A model generated the notes under the pieces. That model was not told the DNA's origin, did no database searches, and was given only the letters and a program-made list of their open reading frames with translations. A stretch of 64,000 nucleotides of DNA from a virus, in IMG/VR virus record IMGVR_UViG_3300021197_001521, positions 1 through 64,000 of that record; one strand, given 5' to 3'. Positions 1 through 9,574 of this stretch are shown piece by piece. Numbering within the stretch: position 1 is the first letter of the stretch; every line of letters begins with the position of its first letter. Position numbers and translations under genes: made by a program.

Positions 1-1
1 G

Positions 2-436
2 AAGGAAGATTTACCGTTTGAAAGATTATATTTCAGGGATTCTGTCAGCAGAGATATAATAGGCAGGGGAGATATAGTGCCAGATTTAGCGCTAGGATTT
101 GATTTTCCAGAAGTTATTTGCGAAAAAAGTGGAGATGAAACATTTCTTAGAAAAACCGGAGAAACTGTATTTCAATATATACCACCTGCCGAAAGAAAAG
201 ACCCTTCTTTCTTTTGTCATACACCCCAGCAATACTGGGAATATGCAGCAACATTATCTTCCGTAAAAACCGATAGGCTTCATTTTGCTATTTGTTCTTT
301 AGCTATGGGGGTAAAAACTACCCTACTTCCTGTATACTACCACAAGAATAAAACTATGCACAATGAGTATTTAAACGATCTTGGCTGTTTTTGGTCAGAT
401 TCAGTGTATACTACTAATAGTAACTCAATTTTATAA
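2..436 (+). CDS. Polysaccharide pyruvyl transferase-like protein, C-terminal part (5'-truncated by window edge)
   Basis: Frame is open from base 2 (KEDLPFERLYFRDSVS...IVPDLALGF). Family-type motifs: RDxxS, PDxA, TDRLHFAICSLAMG, YHKN. Confidence 0.65.
   Translation, partial: KEDLPFERLYFRDSVSRDIIGRGDIVPDLALGFDFPEVICEKSGDETFLRKTGETVFQYIPPAERKDPSFFCHTPQQYWEYAATLSSVKTDRLHFAICSLAMGVKTTLLPVYYHKNKTMHNEYLNDLGCFWSDSVYTTNSNSIL
404..420 (+). promoter_or_regulatory. GTGTATA motif, candidate late promoter
   Basis: GTGTATACTACTAATAG about 40 nt upstream of ORF 447; the core recurs across the structural module. Confidence 0.45.
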
Positions 437-446
437 GGAATAAGTT

Positions 447-743
447 ATGGCAGAATTTAGAGTAGAAATTGCAGACGCAGATGTGGGTAGAGTTTTAACA
501 TCTTTGGCTAAAAATTATAGCAGACCAGATCAGATTGCGAATCCAGACTTTAACTCAACTCAACCGATTTCTGATGATAACCCAGAAATGATTGACAACC
601 CAGAAACCCTTGCCCAGTTCGGCAACAGAATGGTGAGAGAGTTTTTATCAGCAAATGTGTCAGCGTATGAGGTTAGACTTGCAAAACAGCAAGCAGCTAA
701 CTCTGTAGATACAAGCGTTACTATTAACGATCCGGCGGCATAA
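447..743 (+). CDS. Hypothetical protein, probably virion-associated
   Basis: 98-aa ORF with TAAGGA RBS, in structural context. Confidence 0.6.
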   Translation: MAEFRVEIADADVGRVLTSLAKNYSRPDQIANPDFNSTQPISDDNPEMIDNPETLAQFGNRMVREFLSANVSAYEVRLAKQQAANSVDTSVTINDPAA

Positions 744-982
744 TGTTTATTGGGACTTGTTATAGCGAATTTCCGCTCTGTACGTCTGAAGAGATGACCA
801 AGACGTTCAATGGAGAAGTTGTAGAGTATGACATATCAATAGACCAGCAACTTCTTAAAGATATTCACGTTAACCAAAAACATAGCGATATCGTGTATAT
901 TAATACAGGGGAATCATTTACTACAAGTATAGATAAACAAGTAAAATACGACATTTATATAGATCGGCAATTAAAACTATAG
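743..982 (+). CDS. Hypothetical small structural protein
   Basis: TAATG coupling to the upstream ORF; beta-rich hydrophobic/polar alternation. Confidence 0.5.
   Translation: MFIGTCYSEFPLCTSEEMTKTFNGEVVEYDISIDQQLLKDIHVNQKHSDIVYINTGESFTTSIDKQVKYDIYIDRQLKL
893..909 (+). promoter_or_regulatory. GTGTATA motif, candidate late promoter
   Basis: GTGTATATTAATACAGG about 100 nt upstream of ORF 996. Confidence 0.35.
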
Positions 983-995
983 TTTGGAAAAATAA

Positions 996-1313
996 ATGGC
1001 TAGTGAAATACATAAAGACGACATAGGGACTAGATTCTTGCTTACGGTGAAAGATGGCTCAGATGTTGTAAATATTTCTGGCGCTACTGCACTACAGGTG
1101 GACTTCAGAAAACCAAGCGATACTGTTATAAATAGATCTGCTCTAAGGTTAGATGACGGAAGTTCGGTTTCTGGCGTAATGCATTACGATGCGGTTGCGG
1201 GCGATTTAGATGAAGCAGGTAACTACAAACTCCAAGGAAGAGTCTTTCTTGGCGGGGGTAGCGGGACTTTTTATACAGATATTCACACATTCAAAGTACA
1301 CTGTAATTTATAG
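996..1313 (+). CDS. BppU N-terminal-like (Ig-fold) virion protein
   Basis: DIGTRFLLTVKDG..VNISGA..FRKPSD..Y....GDLDEAGNYKLQGRV pattern typical of BppU_N-like domains. Confidence 0.6.
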   Translation: MASEIHKDDIGTRFLLTVKDGSDVVNISGATALQVDFRKPSDTVINRSALRLDDGSSVSGVMHYDAVAGDLDEAGNYKLQGRVFLGGGSGTFYTDIHTFKVHCNL

Positions 1314-1321
1314 AGGTAAAT

Positions 1322-1840
1322 ATGAGCTGGCAAGGTCAAATGTCTACAATAGTTAGACACTTAGTAAATGATTTAGATCCCGATACTTACAAATATAGTG
1401 ATCATAGAATAGAAACTTCTATATTGGTTGCGTCACAATTAATGATAATGAACGTTGATTTTAACAATACTTACGATATAAACGTAGAGACTTGCTTACT
1501 TTCCCCTGATCCAACGGACGAGGGTACAAAAGACAATCCGTTTATAACACTATCTTCCTTGCGGGCTGCGTGTATAATTATAGGAAGTGAAATAAGAAGC
1601 GAGTCCGGGAACGCAATATCTATCAAGGACGGACCTTCTGCAATTGACCTTAGAGGTGTAACACAAACCCTCACGGTTTTATACAAAGATTTGTGTGAAA
1701 AGTACGAAAATTTACTTTTAGAATATAGAGCTGGAAGCAGTATCGCTGGTCATGCAATACTTGGACCTTATGCCCCCGGTTCCGATTTGATAACCAGAAA
1801 CAATACAGACCACAGATCCGGTGGTTATTTTAATTATTAG
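1322..1840 (+). CDS. Putative head-tail adaptor
   Basis: Size; helical N-terminus (VRHLVND..YKYSD.RI); ISIKDG beta-hairpin followed by a helix; position ahead of neck genes; GAGG RBS. Confidence 0.5.
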   Translation: MSWQGQMSTIVRHLVNDLDPDTYKYSDHRIETSILVASQLMIMNVDFNNTYDINVETCLLSPDPTDEGTKDNPFITLSSLRAACIIIGSEIRSESGNAISIKDGPSAIDLRGVTQTLTVLYKDLCEKYENLLLEYRAGSSIAGHAILGPYAPGSDLITRNNTDHRSGGYFNY

Positions 1841-1851
1841 GAGAGATAAAA

Positions 1852-2850
1852 ATGACTTGTGACTCAAGAACACCGTCTCAACTGAACTCCGGTCAGTTAA
1901 TTGATAGTATAAAGTGCGATTTAGCAGACAATAACGCCGGTTTAATATCTGCCGCAGATGTTAGAGAAAATATGGAGGATATTGCATTTTCCATAAATAA
2001 AGTTGTTGCCAGCGGGGACACAGAGACTGCATTTCCTTTCTTTAATGCTGTAAAAGCAACGACAATATCAGGCGGGTCTGGAATGTTTATCCCAGAATCT
2101 GGTATTTCTTTCCCTAATTCTCCGGTTGAGTCTGAAAGAACTAAACTTCAGGTGAGACCTTGGTTGGGTCCAGAGGGAATAAACCATGACGAACTTTCTG
2201 GTAGAAGTTCTAGTGATAACGCACATACTCAATATCTTCCAAGAACTGGGTCTAAAAAGATGCAGGGCAATCTTGGAATGGATAATAACTGGATTAACTC
2301 TTCCGGCAGCGTTCTAGATGATGGTTCGCCCTATAGTTACTCAGATAGAGGGTTTAGATTTGTATCAAATTTAGATTCTGACACAAATTACCAGTATGAC
2401 GATGTTGAGATTGGAACTTCCGGCAGTTTGAAGTTCAACAAGGATCTTTCAAGTACTGATAGTTTTCATGGAGTTGCTAAAGCTTGGTTGAGATTTACAG
2501 CTTCTGCAACCCCAGAGGTTTTAAGTTATCATAATATTAGCGGTATAGAAAGAACAGCTCAGGGTAAATACACTATAACATTTACCAGCGGCACTTTTAT
2601 GAACAATAATTATGTTGCCGTAGCAAACTCAAACGCTAGAAGTTCTGCTTCTAACGGAGATGACTTTGACTTGAATACAGTTGGTTGTTTTTACAGAACT
2701 GGGGACGACGGAACGACCCTAAGAACAATTTCCTACCATATACAAAAAGACGACAATAGTTTTGTAGATGGATCGGTTTGTGATCTCGTATGCTATGGAT
2801 TTGAACCGGGATCTAGATCTGGCACTCCTCCAACTGTAACTGTCTCCTAA
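1852..2850 (+). CDS. Virion structural protein (collar/fibre-like), Ser-Gly rich
   Basis: C-terminal AKAWLRF...SYHNISGIERTAQGKYTITF domain of a type seen in phage fibre proteins; 11 SG dipeptides; GGAG RBS. Confidence 0.55.
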   Translation: MTCDSRTPSQLNSGQLIDSIKCDLADNNAGLISAADVRENMEDIAFSINKVVASGDTETAFPFFNAVKATTISGGSGMFIPESGISFPNSPVESERTKLQVRPWLGPEGINHDELSGRSSSDNAHTQYLPRTGSKKMQGNLGMDNNWINSSGSVLDDGSPYSYSDRGFRFVSNLDSDTNYQYDDVEIGTSGSLKFNKDLSSTDSFHGVAKAWLRFTASATPEVLSYHNISGIERTAQGKYTITFTSGTFMNNNYVAVANSNARSSASNGDDFDLNTVGCFYRTGDDGTTLRTISYHIQKDDNSFVDGSVCDLVCYGFEPGSRSGTPPTVTVS

Positions 2851-3800
2851 TGTCTATAATCATACTAAATGACAGAATAAAAGAAACCAGTAGGGATACT
2901 GGTACGGGGCATCTTACGTTAGATGGCGCTGCTCAAGGTTTTAGTAGTTTTGACAGCGCTTATTCATCTGGAGATATTCTTTATTACGCTATTTCAGACG
3001 GCACGAATTATGAAGTGGGGTCCGGTGTCTTTCATACCGATGGAGTATATGATCGACTAGAAAGGTCTGCTCACAAAAGCACAAACAGTAACAATAATGT
3101 TAATTTTTTAGCGGGTGTAAAAGAAGTATACGTCACTCATCCCGGAAAATTTTCCGTATTTACTGCAAGTGGGGTTCAAGACTTCAAAGAACCTAAGAGT
3201 AGCGGATTAGCGTTTTGGGAGTCTAGTCAGATACTGAATTACGACGAGAATATAATATGGAACTCAGATTCTAACCTTTTAGGAATAAGAAAAAGTTCTC
3301 CTACTTATGCTGTTGATATAGGTGGTCCTCAAGAGTATTCTCAAGTAAATACTTCTGGTTTAATAGTTGGTAATTCTGGGGTTATGTTTTCTGGAGAAAA
3401 TGTAGCAGTCAGAGGTAGACAAACAATCCCCTTTCAACAAAACGAATTCATAGACACGGAAACTACAAATATTGAAGAATGTCTTCAATTAAGCGGTGTT
3501 GTAAATGAGTACATAGGGTTTAAAAAGCAACCGCCCGCTAGAGTTTTTGCTGGACCTTCTGGAACCTGCGGTTGTACGGAAGACTATCCTTCATTTAGAC
3601 CCCTTAGATTTGATGACATACAAGGCGTAACTCAAATAATAAATAGTAGCGGAAATTTAGCGATACCTACATTCGCTAATCAAGCGGCAGTTATAAGTAA
3701 TATATCGGCGGATCAGGCAGGAGTATTAGCATTTAGCACTAGTGACAATTATTTGATGATAGCTAATGGCACAAGTTGGGTCAAAATTCAATTATCGTAA
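2850..3800 (+). CDS. Virion structural/fibre-like protein, Ser-Gly rich
   Basis: N-terminal DRIKET..TGTG.LTL.GA..GF motif common in phage structural proteins; LGI..SSPTYAVDI fibre-type repeat; C-terminal NGTSW; 10 SG dipeptides. Confidence 0.6.
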   Translation: MSIIILNDRIKETSRDTGTGHLTLDGAAQGFSSFDSAYSSGDILYYAISDGTNYEVGSGVFHTDGVYDRLERSAHKSTNSNNNVNFLAGVKEVYVTHPGKFSVFTASGVQDFKEPKSSGLAFWESSQILNYDENIIWNSDSNLLGIRKSSPTYAVDIGGPQEYSQVNTSGLIVGNSGVMFSGENVAVRGRQTIPFQQNEFIDTETTNIEECLQLSGVVNEYIGFKKQPPARVFAGPSGTCGCTEDYPSFRPLRFDDIQGVTQIINSSGNLAIPTFANQAAVISNISADQAGVLAFSTSDNYLMIANGTSWVKIQLS

Positions 3801-3815
3801 CAATCGGAGAGAAAA

Positions 3816-4025
3816 ATGTCAGACGTACTAAAACCCGTCATTAATTCAAACTCAATAAAGAATGGATCAATGGTGGTATACCAAACAAAAAGTCAAACTT
3901 CAATTAGTTCGACTTCTAAGAGAGATCCAGATTTAAATTCATTCGTTCCTTCTGGTACTTTACATACGAGACTAGACACTAGATTTGATGATGTAAGATA
4001 CTATAGTGGCGACACTGCAAACTAG
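3816..4025 (+). CDS. Hypothetical small protein
   Basis: 69-aa ORF with GGAG RBS filling the gap between neighbours. Confidence 0.55.
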   Translation: MSDVLKPVINSNSIKNGSMVVYQTKSQTSISSTSKRDPDLNSFVPSGTLHTRLDTRFDDVRYYSGDTAN

Positions 4026-4035
4026 GACTAATTAG

Positions 4036-4509
4036 ATGCCAATTACTATACCTCAATCAGTTTTCGACAAATACTATGACGTTGTTGACTCCACATTTAA
4101 TATATTTGGAGTTACATGTCAGTTAGTATATATTGAAAAAGTTGAAGTAATTGATAATTCATATGATAATATCCCAGACAATAGATCTATAAATTCTCAT
4201 AGAAGGAGGGGCGGCAATCATAAGAGAGCAGACAAAACCTTCAGAGAAGTGGAGAAAGTAGAAGATATCAAATTAAAGGTTTACTGGGATAGTAAAAGTT
4301 GGGTAAATCCGGGTGGCAATATTGTTTTGCCGGAAAGGGGGGTTCAAACTATTTTCTTTGCTACAGACCTTCCTAAGATAATGAGAGCAAAAGAGATAAT
4401 TGTACACAAAAATATAAAAGAACTGAGAGAGTTTAGGTTCCAGAAAAAAGGCGAACCGTTTCCAATGGGTATAGGGCAAGAAAGATACTTCGGCTGTTTC
4501 TGGGAATAA
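4036..4509 (+). CDS. Putative head-closure (stopper) protein
   Basis: Size, beta-rich pattern and position between adaptor and neck/terminator genes. Confidence 0.45.
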   Translation: MPITIPQSVFDKYYDVVDSTFNIFGVTCQLVYIEKVEVIDNSYDNIPDNRSINSHRRRGGNHKRADKTFREVEKVEDIKLKVYWDSKSWVNPGGNIVLPERGVQTIFFATDLPKIMRAKEIIVHKNIKELREFRFQKKGEPFPMGIGQERYFGCFWE

Positions 4510-4510
4510 C

Positions 4511-5143
4511 ATGATAACTTTAAAACTATTAGGTAGCGATGCTAGTATAACCAAAACCATACATGCTGCAATCGCTAAGTCTATAAACGAAATAATATCA
4601 AAGAAAAAAAGAAAAGTAGAAGCTAAACTTAAAAGAGCAGTTCGTTTCTGGATTACGGCAACGCCAGAGATTCAAAGTCTAATGGAAAAAGGAATTCCTA
4701 ATAGTCTTAACTCTCAATTTGGATTAAGAAACATAGACGCACAAGCTGCTGTCGAGGCGATAGTTAGTAGTGTTGTTAACTCCGCAGAAATAAGAATATC
4801 AAAAATAAACAACAAACTTAATGGCAAAATAGAGTTTAATTTTCAACCATCAGACCTTCGCAATTTACTAGGACTACCAGAAGGTCATGTGATGACAGAA
4901 AAAGGGCAAGACTTACACTGGTTAGACTGGTTGCTGACAAAAGGTAACACAACTGTTATTATAGGATATACCTATTCTACTTCCGGTGACGGAAGGTCTG
5001 GTGTAGGTTCTATGAAAAAAGGAGGTTCCTTTAGGGTTAATCCCCAGTTTTCCGGTACTGTCAATAATAATTTTATAACGAGATCTCTGGTTTCCAGAGA
5101 ACAAAAAGTTATAAGTATTTTAAGCGAGGTGTTAAGTGCCTGA
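4511..5143 (+). CDS. Putative neck/tail-completion protein (HK97 gp10/Ne1-like)
   Basis: Basic protein; WL(L)..G motif; C-terminal GT..NNFITR.L; canonical position before the terminator gene. Confidence 0.5.
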   Translation: MITLKLLGSDASITKTIHAAIAKSINEIISKKKRKVEAKLKRAVRFWITATPEIQSLMEKGIPNSLNSQFGLRNIDAQAAVEAIVSSVVNSAEIRISKINNKLNGKIEFNFQPSDLRNLLGLPEGHVMTEKGQDLHWLDWLLTKGNTTVIIGYTYSTSGDGRSGVGSMKKGGSFRVNPQFSGTVNNNFITRSLVSREQKVISILSEVLSA

Positions 5144-6110
5144 TTATTTGAAACTAAAAGGTATAACAGACATAAAAGAAAGCACCTTGAATAATGAAAT
5201 TCAGGATGGGATTATAGAATACTTTGATTGGGCATTGTTGGGTGTTGGTAATTATTATAATGTCACATATGCTGAACAATCGCCTTATGACCAAGATTAC
5301 AGTAAACTAAGACTATCTTCTGATCCTAATTATTTTGAGGGGCAGGTATGGGAAGGTTTTAGATCAAACTGGGTTTGGCAAAGTGGTGTTGACTATTCGC
5401 CTGCTCCACTAGTTAGTTCGGATAATACAAATCCCGGAGTTTCTGGTATTTATGTAGATGGAGTTTTTCACGCAAATGATTCTACTGGTACTTATGCTCA
5501 CCACATAGATCATTACAACGGAAAAGTTATTTTTGATAGTGCTATACCTACAGGTTCGGTGGTTCAAGCTGAATTTAGTTATAAGTGGATAAATGTTGTT
5601 TATGCTAATGATGTTCCTTGGTTGAGAGAAGTTCAGACCGATTCTATGGAACCTACTAGCAGTTTTTACGAAAAAGACAAAGGAGATTGGAATATACCGC
5701 CAGAAGCAAGACTTCAACTTCCTGCCGTGGCGGTAGAAATAGTCCCAATGAGATCTTTCAAAGGATTTAGACTAGGAGGTGGTCAGTGGGTTTACACAGA
5801 TGTGATATTCCATTGTATAGCAGAGGACGAAATGACCAGAAACAAACTTGTGGATATTATATCACTTCAGAGCAATAAAACTATTTTCTTGTTAAATAGT
5901 AATTCTGTTTCTGCTAGTGGTGATTATCCCTTAGATTACCGTGGTGTGCCAGTTTCCGGCGCTTTGAGATATCCAGATCTGCTTGTAAAGCATGTAGGAT
6001 TAAGACTCAGGTTCACAGATACTACAGTGGAAAACATGACCTCGGTGGCATCAGATATCTATGGTGGAATTGTTAGATTTAAGACAGAACTGATAAATCT
6101 AAAAATATGA
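5136..6110 (+). CDS. Putative tail terminator with an inserted beta domain
   Basis: LPAVAVE...GG....DVIFHCIAE....RNKLVDII terminator-like pattern, immediately upstream of the tail tube gene. Confidence 0.55.
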   Translation: MPDYLKLKGITDIKESTLNNEIQDGIIEYFDWALLGVGNYYNVTYAEQSPYDQDYSKLRLSSDPNYFEGQVWEGFRSNWVWQSGVDYSPAPLVSSDNTNPGVSGIYVDGVFHANDSTGTYAHHIDHYNGKVIFDSAIPTGSVVQAEFSYKWINVVYANDVPWLREVQTDSMEPTSSFYEKDKGDWNIPPEARLQLPAVAVEIVPMRSFKGFRLGGGQWVYTDVIFHCIAEDEMTRNKLVDIISLQSNKTIFLLNSNSVSASGDYPLDYRGVPVSGALRYPDLLVKHVGLRLRFTDTTVENMTSVASDIYGGIVRFKTELINLKI

Positions 6111-6118
6111 CCATTTTT

Positions 6119-6134
6119 GTGTATAATAAATAGA
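6119..6134 (+). promoter_or_regulatory. GTGTATAAT motif, candidate late promoter of the tail tube gene
   Basis: Intergenic GTGTATAATAAATAGA about 40 nt before the ATG at 6161; no canonical -35 element. Confidence 0.6.
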
Positions 6135-6160
6135 AACTTCTTTTAATATGGAGAGATAAC

Positions 6161-7210
6161 ATGGCTGTGACACAAAACCAAAGAATCATATATTCCTGTC
6201 AGGCGGTGGGGGTTGGTCCTACCGGGGTTGACTTGACCACTGTAATTCCCGTTCACGGTGTTCAAAGTGTTGGTATTACCACCAACTTCAATCTTGAGCA
6301 AGCTTTCGAGTTGGGTCAGATTGAAATCTATGAAAACATAGAAGGTGTACCTGACGTTGAAATCACTATGGAAAAGGTGCTAGACGGTTATCCGCTTATA
6401 TATCATCTTGCGACAACGGGTGTCTCAGCTGGTGGTGGAGAAGGACTCCTCAACAGACTCAAGCAAAGATGTAATGTTGCTCTTGGTATCTTTGCGGAAG
6501 CTTTTGATAATGTTGCTTCAGCAGAGGCTAGTGGTGACGTTAGTTCTCAAGTTAAGTGTACTGGAATGTATGTTTCTAGTCTCTCCTATTCTTTGCCAAC
6601 TGAAGGTAATTCTACAGAGAGTATTACTTTTGTTGGAAACCACAAAGAGTGGATTACAGATGGTAGCATATTTAACAGCGGATCTGCTGCTGACATAGTA
6701 GATTTTAATGGTGAAGATGAACCTCTTGCGCTTAGTAGTGACGGCGTTAACGCATCCGGTGGTATCCAAAGAAGAGAAGACATACTAATTTCTAGTTCCA
6801 GTCTTCCTGCTTCGGTTTTTGGTGGTCAAGCCGCTCACATCCAAAGTGTCTCAATTAGCAGTGACTTTAATAGAGAAGAAGTTTTCGAGTTGGGTGCTAA
6901 GATTCCTTACTATAGACCGGCACAATTCCCTGTTGAGGTTAGTTGTGAAATTGAAGCAATTTCTGTTTCTGGTGATTTTATTCAAGCGATTGAGACTGGA
7001 GACCCAACCTTATATTCAACTAAGGCCTCTGGCAATAATACTTCCGAAGAAACAATCATGTTCCTGACTCGCGCTGGTTATAAATTCGATCTAGGTAGTA
7101 AGAATAGACTCCAAAGTGTTTCTTATGGTGGAGGAGACGCAACCGGAGGAAACGCAACGATGACCTATAGTTTCATTAACTTTAACGACCTCAACGTTTC
7201 ACAAGTGTAA
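6161..7210 (+). CDS. Major tail tube protein (two tandem tube-like domains)
   Basis: Internal duplication VQSVGITTNFNLEQAFELGQ / IQSVSISSDFNREEVFELGA; strong GGAG RBS; lies before chaperones and tape measure gene. Confidence 0.75.
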   Translation: MAVTQNQRIIYSCQAVGVGPTGVDLTTVIPVHGVQSVGITTNFNLEQAFELGQIEIYENIEGVPDVEITMEKVLDGYPLIYHLATTGVSAGGGEGLLNRLKQRCNVALGIFAEAFDNVASAEASGDVSSQVKCTGMYVSSLSYSLPTEGNSTESITFVGNHKEWITDGSIFNSGSAADIVDFNGEDEPLALSSDGVNASGGIQRREDILISSSSLPASVFGGQAAHIQSVSISSDFNREEVFELGAKIPYYRPAQFPVEVSCEIEAISVSGDFIQAIETGDPTLYSTKASGNNTSEETIMFLTRAGYKFDLGSKNRLQSVSYGGGDATGGNATMTYSFINFNDLNVSQV

Positions 7211-7304
7211 AACCACTTATAGCGATAGCTTTTAGGACAGCGAGTTTTTGTGGTAAGGAAAGGATAAAAAATGTATATAAATAAATCCCGCCATGAGGTT
7301 TTGT

Positions 7305-8339
7305 ATGAAGCAACATGAGCGGGATTATTTTGTATCTAGGATAAGAAATGGAAAGTATAGGATTCAAATTTTTAAGCAAGAGTTAGAAATATTGAGTCCG
7401 ACAATAGAGGATGAATATTATATAAATAAAGCGTATATGGATGGTATGGAATCTTCTTTAGACGAAGGTTTTAAGACTAACGAAGAGATGGTTTTTTGGA
7501 TGGTAGAAAAAAATCTGTGGTCTTACAATGAAGACGCTGATTTAAAAATGTATCAACAAAAGGTAAAAGATTTAAAAATAGATATATACAATGCAAGAAA
7601 CTCCATAAAATTAAGAGAACGAGTTAGATCTGAAATTAGGAATACAGAACTTGAGGTTAGCAAACTAAATCAAAAAAAGTCAGCATACTACAATAACACT
7701 TGCGAAGGAATAGCAACAGTAGAAAAGATATCAGAGTTTTTAAAAAGATGCACATTTTGTAAGGGTGAGTTGTATGATTTTGAAGAATTGCCAGTAGATT
7801 TAGTTTCTGGTAAATACTATTCTTTATTTCTAACAGAGCAGCAGATAAGAGAATTAGCAAGAAATGAACCTTGGAGAACCATCTGGAGTTTAAACGATAC
7901 TAATTCAGTTTCGCTTTTTAACAACGGAGGCAGGGAACTTTCTCACGATCAAAAAAATATAATGGTTTGGTCTAAGATGTATGACAACGTACAAGAGTCT
8001 ATGGACTGCCCACAAGACGATATTATAAAAGATGATGATATGTTAGACGGTTGGTTTTTAGTTCAGGGGAAAAAGAGAGACGAAGAAAGGTCTAAAAGTG
8101 AGGTTGATAACTTAAACTCTAAAGTTGCTGCGTCTCAAGAAGTTTACTTGATGGCAAACTCAAAAGAAGACAGAAGAAGAATAGATAGTTTAAATTCATT
8201 TGAAAGTACGGTAATCAAAAAACAGAGAGAACAAGTTATCAAAAAACAAGGAAGCGCAAAGCAACTCGATTTTCCAGACGAAAAACTAAAAGCACAAAGG
8301 ATGCAAACAGAAGGTATGAGAAATCAATTTAGGAGATGA
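7305..8339 (+). CDS. Putative tail assembly chaperone/non-structural protein
   Basis: Charged, helical protein between tube and tape measure genes; likely start MKQHER after GAGG. Confidence 0.5.
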   Translation: MKQHERDYFVSRIRNGKYRIQIFKQELEILSPTIEDEYYINKAYMDGMESSLDEGFKTNEEMVFWMVEKNLWSYNEDADLKMYQQKVKDLKIDIYNARNSIKLRERVRSEIRNTELEVSKLNQKKSAYYNNTCEGIATVEKISEFLKRCTFCKGELYDFEELPVDLVSGKYYSLFLTEQQIRELARNEPWRTIWSLNDTNSVSLFNNGGRELSHDQKNIMVWSKMYDNVQESMDCPQDDIIKDDDMLDGWFLVQGKKRDEERSKSEVDNLNSKVAASQEVYLMANSKEDRRRIDSLNSFESTVIKKQREQVIKKQGSAKQLDFPDEKLKAQRMQTEGMRNQFRR

Positions 8340-8340
8340 T

Positions 8341-8703
8341 ATGGATGATTATAACAATCTAATTAGACAACACGCAGAATACAAGAAAGTAAAACAAGAG
8401 AAATTCGGCGTTGAGTCTAAAGATAGGTTGTCTAAAATTTTAAAGAAAAAAGTAATCACTACGATGATAGGTTCTTTAAGTTCTATAGAGAAACATTTTG
8501 GTTTTCTTTGGGAAGGAGACCCAGAATCTCTAACACCAGAACAAAGAACGATGTACGATATTTATCAAAAGACTAGGGAAGAGATTTTAGACAAAGGCAA
8601 TACTCAGGCAAAAAATGTTGATGCTGAACTAAGTCAGTATGAAATTAAATGGTTAAGGTATAATAGTAATATTCCAGTTAAAATTAAAGAGGATAAGGAA
8701 TGA
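8341..8703 (+). CDS. Hypothetical protein (tail assembly region)
   Basis: 120-aa helical ORF with AGGAG RBS. Confidence 0.55.
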   Translation: MDDYNNLIRQHAEYKKVKQEKFGVESKDRLSKILKKKVITTMIGSLSSIEKHFGFLWEGDPESLTPEQRTMYDIYQKTREEILDKGNTQAKNVDAELSQYEIKWLRYNSNIPVKIKEDKE

Positions 8704-9539
8704 AAAAAGAAACAAAGGTCCAAGTGGGCGACAAGCAAGTTGGTATATACGTCACTTCTCCAAACGGCAATGTTGTGGGAAGGGCAGATAGATACAAGGC
8801 AAAAATATTCACAGAGTGCATTGAAGACGGAATTAAAACTAAAGATGAGTTGAGTTCTTTCTTGAGTGATAGGGGGATATGGACAAAAAATCACGACAAA
8901 AAACAAGCAGAAATCACACAAAAACTACTGGACTTAGAAAAAGAAATTTATCTAGGAACGGGCAAGAAAAAACTACCCCTGTCTGATGGGGTGAAAAAAG
9001 CAATAGAAATGAGGTCTTTGAGAATAGAACTCCAGCAGTTGATGGTAAAAAGAATAGAAATGGAGCAAAATACCGCAGAGTCACTTGCGGATAATGCCAG
9101 ATTTGATTTTCTGGTTGCGAACTGTACTTTTTACGAAAACGGAGAAAGAGTGTATAATGGTATAGACGATTTCAGTAGTAAATCGGCAGACGATATTGCT
9201 TTTTCTGCTGGTTCGCTTCTAGCAGAGATGATTCATGGTTATGATTCCAGCATAGAAGATTCCCTGCCAGAAAATAAGTTTTTGAAGCATTTTGATCTAC
9301 TGAATGAAGACGGAAGTCTCGTTGACGAGAAAAAAGAACTTGTTGACACAGAAGGTAGAAGAATAAATGAATTTGGTCACTATATCGACGAAAAAGGAAA
9401 TAGAATTGATATAGAAGGAAACCCAATGGACAAAGATGGTAATTATATAATTCAAGTAGACTATGAGAAAGTGAAAAAACCTGCGGCAACTAAAAAGAGG
9501 GTAACAAAGAAAAGGACCACCCCCGCAGCCAAAGGTTAA
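8700..9539 (+). CDS. Putative tail assembly chaperone with heptad DxxG repeats and Lys-rich tail
   Basis: Directly upstream of the tape measure gene; ATGA overlap; coiled-coil region. Confidence 0.5.
   Translation: MKKETKVQVGDKQVGIYVTSPNGNVVGRADRYKAKIFTECIEDGIKTKDELSSFLSDRGIWTKNHDKKQAEITQKLLDLEKEIYLGTGKKKLPLSDGVKKAIEMRSLRIELQQLMVKRIEMEQNTAESLADNARFDFLVANCTFYENGERVYNGIDDFSSKSADDIAFSAGSLLAEMIHGYDSSIEDSLPENKFLKHFDLLNEDGSLVDEKKELVDTEGRRINEFGHYIDEKGNRIDIEGNPMDKDGNYIIQVDYEKVKKPAATKKRVTKKRTTPAAKG
9303..9449 (+). repeat. Seven tandem 7-aa (D/N)xxGxx(I/V) protein repeats
   Basis: NEDGSLV DEKKELV DTEGRRI NEFGHYI DEKGNRI DIEGNPM DKDGNYI. Confidence 0.8.
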
Positions 9540-9574
9540 ATGGATAGTCTGGTCATAACACCAAGAGAAATTAA

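Noticed and set aside
7211-7318. Possible structured RNA (ACCAC...GTGGT) and a 15-codon uORF (MYINKSRHEVLYEAT) after the tail tube gene
   Set aside because: Only a 5-bp stem with no recognisable family; a short ORF of this length is expected by chance.
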